DNA from: Candidatus Methanomethylicia archaeon
GTDB taxonomy: Archaea; Thermoproteota; Methanomethylicia; Nezhaarchaeales; B40-G2
NCBI GenBank assembly: GCA_029259155.1
Contig: JAPDJI010000031.1
Location: 1-27,435 of the forward strand
DNA: 27,435 bases
Direction of reading: 5' to 3'
Below are positions 23,419 to 27,435 of the stretch, piece by piece. The notes beneath the pieces are model-generated. The model made no database searches and was not told the DNA's origin. It was given only the letters and a program-made list of their open reading frames with translations. How positions within the stretch are numbered: the stretch's first letter is position 1; every line of letters begins with the position of its first letter. A program made the translations under genes and the position numbers.

Positions 23419-24272
23419 CCCTTGAAGTAACGATAGGAGGTTTCTAGGGCTTCCCAGTAGCTTTCAGGATTTCCTATATCTAGCCTGACATCCTCAGGAT
23501 GTAGTTCAATGGCGTATACTTTCAGCCCCCAGTCTATTAACTTCTGTATACCGTCTGTAAGCTGTATTTCTCCTCCTTTGCCTGGAGGGAGTCTTTCAAG
23601 TGCTTTGAAGATCACCGGGTGGAAGATATATATTGGCATTATTGCGAGCTTGCTAACAGGCCTTTCAGGCTTCTCTATTACTACTTCAACTTCATACACT
23701 CCGTCTTCTATCTGTTTTCCTTTGACTATCCCGTATTGCCTAGGGTCCTCTACTTCTTGTACGATGAACGCGGCATCGGCTTTGTATTCTCCATAAACCT
23801 TCAATAAACGCGTTACATGACTATTGGTAGGAGAGAAGATATAGGTGTCACCTGCATGGACCAGAAACTCCTCATCTCCTATGAAAGGCTCTGCTCTTAG
23901 CACTGCGTCGCCAAATCCCTTAGGGTGGGGTTGATTTATCCATATGATCGTTGAGTCCTCTAGTTTATTGTAGAAGCTTTCAAGGTCATCGGCTAGCTCG
24001 GCTTTACCCTTAGCCCTCAGCATAGCTACATACTCGTAGTCCTGAGTGAAGTGGTCTTCTATAGCCCTCTTACCTCTGCCTACGATGAAGCAAAACTCCC
24101 TAAAACCTATATCATAAAGTTGTTCGAAGACCATTTGTAGAAGAGGCTTTAAACTTAGGTTTCCATTACTATCTTTAGCGAAAATTGGGAGCATTTCCTT
24201 AGGCTGCTCCTTAGTAACTGATAGTAGCCTTGTCCCAAGTCCAGCAGCAGGTATGACTGCTTTTCTAATCAA
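23415..24272 (-). CDS. galU: UTP--glucose-1-phosphate uridylyltransferase (GalU-type)
   Basis: KAVIPAAGLGTRL...PKEMLP, GRGKRAIEDHF, QPHPKGFGDAV, EKP, GGEIQLTD, DIGN. Confidence 0.9.
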   Translation of the reverse strand: MIRKAVIPAAGLGTRLLSVTKEQPKEMLPIFAKDSNGNLSLKPLLQMVFEQLYDIGFREFCFIVGRGKRAIEDHFTQDYEYVAMLRAKGKAELADDLESFYNKLEDSTIIWINQPHPKGFGDAVLRAEPFIGDEEFLVHAGDTYIFSPTNSHVTRLLKVYGEYKADAAFIVQEVEDPRQYGIVKGKQIEDGVYEVEVVIEKPERPVSKLAIMPIYIFHPVIFKALERLPPGKGGEIQLTDGIQKLIDWGLKVYAIELHPEDVRLDIGNPESYWEALETSYRYFKG

Positions 24273-24370
24273 TAAAGTTCCCTCGTCAACCTAGGCCGAG
24301 CTAATTTCATATATAAACTTTAAAAATACTTGGAGTGTAGGTCGAGGAACGAACGGATGAGGTTTAAGTT

Positions 24371-25720
24371 ATGAACCGCTCTTTACCGGTCATAGGTGTT
24401 GTAGGTACAGGCTACGTAGGACTATGCACAGCAGTAGGTTTTGCAAGTCGAGGCTTCAAGGTTATCACTTCTACCTCGGATAAACTTAAGGCTGACCTCA
24501 TCAATAGCGGGGAACCACCTTTCTATGAACCTGGACTTAAAGAATTGCTGAGTGAAGCTGTGGCTTTAGGAAACTTGAGATGTACTCTTGATAGGGAAGA
24601 GACGGTTCTTGAAAGCGATATTACTTTCATCACTGTCGGCACTCCGAGTCTTCAAGACGGGAGCATAGACCTTAGCCTCGTGGAGGCCTCTGCAAGAGAC
24701 ATAGGTAAAGCTCTAGCTCGTAAGAACAAGTACCACATAGTGGTTGTGAAAAGCACGGTGATCCCTGGCACCACGGTAAACCTAGTTAAGCCCACCATAG
24801 AGGAACTATCGGGTAAGCGGGCTGGCATAGACTTCGGCTTAGCCATGAACCCTGAGTTCTTAAGGGAAGGCTCTGCATTGTATGACACTTTCAACCCTGA
24901 TAGGGTCGTGATAGGCGAATTCGATAAACGTTCAGGAGATGTCTTGGAGGAGCTCTATAATTCCTTTTACTCTGGAAAGGTACCTATTATAAGGACTAAT
25001 CCCTTCACGGCAGAATTGATAAAGTACGCCAATAATGCTTTCTTAGCTCTTAAGATAAGCTTCATAAACACCATAGCCAACATATGTGAACGCGTCCCTG
25101 ATGCCGATGTGAGAGATGTAGCTAAGGCTATAGGCATGGATAGGCGCATCAGCCCTCTTTTCTTGAATGCTGGCGTCGGTTTTGGCGGTAGCTGTTTCCC
25201 TAAGGACCTTAAGGCCTTGATCGCGTACTCGAAGAAAGAGGGATATGAACCCACCCTACTTGAAGAAGTGTTGAGGGTTAATGAGAGACAAGCTATATGG
25301 ATCGTCGACACCGCCGAGAGAAAACTAGGAAATCTTTCAGGTAAAGTAGTTGCTGTTTTAGGCTTAGCATTTAAGCCTGGCACAGATGATATGAGAGAAG
25401 CTCCTTCAATAAGGATCGTAAAAGAACTACTAAGAAGGGGGGCTTACGTGAAGGCCTACGACCCGGCGGCTATAGGTAATGCCAGGAAAATATTTGGCGA
25501 TAAAGTAAAGCTATGTAAATCTATAATTGACTGTATTAGGGGCTCTGACTGTTGTATGATTGTGACTGAATGGAATGAATTTAAAGGCCTAACGCCGTCT
25601 TTCTTCAAGGAGAACATGAGGAGACCCTTCATTATTGATGGTAGACGCATATACGACCCTAAGCTATTCCGATCAGAACTTGAATTTGAGGCTGTTGGGC
25701 TCGGAGGGAAGTCTACTTGA
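24371..25720 (+). CDS. ugd: UDP-glucose/GDP-mannose family 6-dehydrogenase
   Basis: GTGYVG, VGTP, KSTV, NPEFLREG, AELIKYANNAFLA, catalytic GFGGSCFPKD, GLAFKPGTDDMRE. Confidence 0.93.
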   Translation: MNRSLPVIGVVGTGYVGLCTAVGFASRGFKVITSTSDKLKADLINSGEPPFYEPGLKELLSEAVALGNLRCTLDREETVLESDITFITVGTPSLQDGSIDLSLVEASARDIGKALARKNKYHIVVVKSTVIPGTTVNLVKPTIEELSGKRAGIDFGLAMNPEFLREGSALYDTFNPDRVVIGEFDKRSGDVLEELYNSFYSGKVPIIRTNPFTAELIKYANNAFLALKISFINTIANICERVPDADVRDVAKAIGMDRRISPLFLNAGVGFGGSCFPKDLKALIAYSKKEGYEPTLLEEVLRVNERQAIWIVDTAERKLGNLSGKVVAVLGLAFKPGTDDMREAPSIRIVKELLRRGAYVKAYDPAAIGNARKIFGDKVKLCKSIIDCIRGSDCCMIVTEWNEFKGLTPSFFKENMRRPFIIDGRRIYDPKLFRSELEFEAVGLGGKST

Positions 25721-26736
25721 AGATTGAAGGCTTGAAGGTCCTCGTCACTGGTGGAGCAGGTTTCATTGGTAGTCACTTGGTGGACCGTTTAGTAGATCTT
25801 GGTTGCCAGGTCATTGTTCTTGATAACTTAAGTACAGGCAAGCTTGAAAACATAGCTCATCATCTTTCATCTAATGGTAAAGTTAAGTTAGTTAGGGCTG
25901 ACATTAGGGATGTGGAACTTGTTAATAAACTCGTGAAGGACTGTCAAGTGATCTTCCACGAGGCTGCCGTAGTAGGGGTAAAGAGGTATGTGGAAAACCC
26001 GATCAACGTCATTGAAGTGAATGTACTCGGAACCCGTAATATACTTGATGCCGCTCGGAAATATGATGTAAAACGCCTTATTTTAGCGAGCACATCTGAG
26101 GTTTACGGAAAAAATATTAAGACCCCGCTTAAAGAAGATGATGACAGAGTTCTTGGTCCTACTTACATCGATAGATGGTGTTACTCAACCTCTAAGGCCT
26201 TAGACGAACATTTAACTATAGGTTACTATAGGCTATATGGTTTGAAATCTGTAATACTTAGGTACTTCAATGTTTTTGGTCCCAGGCAGGAGTGTAGCAC
26301 CTATGGAACCGTAATTCCTAGGTTCATAGCTCAGGCACTGACTAACAGGAACTTAACAGTATTCGGTAACGGACAGCAAAGCAGATGTTTCACCTACATA
26401 GATGACATCATAGAGGGAACTGTTAAGGCTGCTGAGGTTGATGAAGCCGTAGGCAAAATACTAAATCTAGGTTCCAATACCGAGACGAGGATTATAGATT
26501 TAGCAAACCTTATCATCAAACTTGCGGGTGTTGAGGGTAAAGTTAAGCCCATTTACATACCTTATGAAGAATTCTATGGAAAATGGTATGAAGACCTTCC
26601 GAAAAGGACTCCAGATGTGAGTGAAGCCTCTAAAGTCCTAGGTTACTATCCTAAGGTGGACCTCGTTGATGGCCTCAAGAAAACCATTGAATGGTATAGG
26701 AAAAACCCTAGTCGTCTTAACGAAATAATTTCTTAA
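25717..26736 (+). CDS. NAD-dependent nucleotide-sugar epimerase/dehydratase (extended SDR; possibly UDP-glucuronate decarboxylase or epimerase)
   Basis: TGGAGFIGSH, ASTSEVYG, YSTSK (YxxxK), RYFNVFGPRQ, RCFTYIDD; TTGA overlap with ugd. Confidence 0.9.
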   Translation: MKIEGLKVLVTGGAGFIGSHLVDRLVDLGCQVIVLDNLSTGKLENIAHHLSSNGKVKLVRADIRDVELVNKLVKDCQVIFHEAAVVGVKRYVENPINVIEVNVLGTRNILDAARKYDVKRLILASTSEVYGKNIKTPLKEDDDRVLGPTYIDRWCYSTSKALDEHLTIGYYRLYGLKSVILRYFNVFGPRQECSTYGTVIPRFIAQALTNRNLTVFGNGQQSRCFTYIDDIIEGTVKAAEVDEAVGKILNLGSNTETRIIDLANLIIKLAGVEGKVKPIYIPYEEFYGKWYEDLPKRTPDVSEASKVLGYYPKVDLVDGLKKTIEWYRKNPSRLNEIIS

Positions 26737-27293
26737 CCAGCTTTTCTCTCAAGCTCTCTCAAGACTGTTATGATACTTCCATCGAGCACCTTGGCTCTAT
26801 AAGCCTTTAAACCTAATTTGCGGCCAAGATCGATATCATCAGCTCTATCCGTCAGAAACACAGCTTCTTGAGGTCTCACCTTCCATCTGGACAACACTTT
26901 AAGTAGCTGCTCCTCTCTTTGTAAGGATTGCTCTCTTCCTACTATATGATCAAAGATATTTTCAATACCCATTAGATTGAGAGCTCTCCTTAGAGTTCTC
27001 TCGCTTTGCATCGACACAACCGCTAACCTGGCTCCTTTATTTTTAAGTTGCCGCAATACCTCAAGGACCTCTCCACTATAATAAAGCTTGTCGACAGCTT
27101 TCTCCTCGGCTTCCTCTATGAGTCTCAATACGTGAGCTACTTCAAGTCCCTTTTTCTTCCTCTCATGTATCCACATAAAGATAGTTTCGTTTTGATTAAG
27201 CTTGCCATAAAGCTTACTTACCTTTGCACGTAACTTTTTCCAATCAATGGGCAAACTGGCTAGGGTTCCATCGAAGTCAAATATTAGATTTAA
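26733..27293 (-). CDS. HAD-superfamily phosphatase; start uncertain (motif I lies upstream of the TTG at 27254)
   Basis: The in-frame extension reads (L)NLIFDFDGTLASLPIDW with the DxDGT nucleophile motif; also VVSMQ (motif II) and FLTDRADD (motif IV). SD AGGAGG lies 8 nt upstream of TTA at 27293. Confidence 0.82.
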   Translation of the reverse strand, partial: LNLIFDFDGTLASLPIDWKKLRAKVSKLYGKLNQNETIFMWIHERKKKGLEVAHVLRLIEEAEEKAVDKLYYSGEVLEVLRQLKNKGARLAVVSMQSERTLRRALNLMGIENIFDHIVGREQSLQREEQLLKVLSRWKVRPQEAVFLTDRADDIDLGRKLGLKAYRAKVLDGSIITVLRELERKAG

Positions 27294-27433
27294 GGTCCAA
27301 CCCTCCTTAAAACTAGAACACCGTCAACATCGCATTTTAAAGCCTCATCAACGTCCCCTATAAGTGAACGAGATAGAACAAGAATATCTGCCCTTAAGTT
27401 TTCATTAGTAATTGCTTTAATCGCTTTTCTTTC
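27290..27433 (-). pseudogene. Fragment resembling the N-terminal barrel of homocitrate/isopropylmalate/citramalate synthase (AksA/LeuA/CimA family), ending prematurely; runs off the window edge
   Basis: Frame reads ERKAIKAITNENLRADILVLSRSLIGDVDEALKCDVDGVLVLRRVGP-stop. The first ~41 aa match my recollection of the early part of the DRE-TIM domain, where full enzymes continue for hundreds of residues. Confidence 0.6.
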
Positions 27434-27435
27434 TT

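Noticed and set aside
1-27435. CRISPR array, tRNA/rRNA genes, transposase or integrase
   Set aside because: No regularly spaced repeats, cloverleaf-like GC-rich segments or recombinase motifs were seen by eye; a tRNAscan/Infernal run would be needed to exclude small RNAs fully.

Overview
Gene-dense archaeal chromosomal window, probably a thermophilic Thermoproteota/TACK lineage (inferred from GatE, archaeal MAT next to an Lsm gene, RIO2, NucS, short-type PurA, TATA-box promoters and many TTG/GTG starts). Most of it is housekeeping: gatE, glmS, purA, pyrG, a Dph6-like ATPase, rio2, mat, lsm, a thiC/bza-family gene, cyaB, larB, nucS, and a galU-ugd-epimerase nucleotide-sugar cluster. The standout is a single 834-aa ORF fusing a complete tungsten-type aldehyde:ferredoxin oxidoreductase to 3-hexulose-6-phosphate synthase, head-to-head with a MoaD-like sulfur carrier; it looks like a formaldehyde-channelling enzyme for the ribulose monophosphate pathway. 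Other signals missed by the ORF track: a double-guide C/D-box sRNA (7657-7720, minus strand); three genes whose conserved or protein-like N-termini lie upstream of any ATG/GTG/TTG; C-terminal PCNA-interaction motifs on a phosphoesterase and a small wHTH protein; a prematurely ending homocitrate/isopropylmalate-synthase-like frame at the right edge; and several promoter palindromes. No tRNA, rRNA, CRISPR array or mobile element was seen. All family calls come from motif recognition, not database searches.
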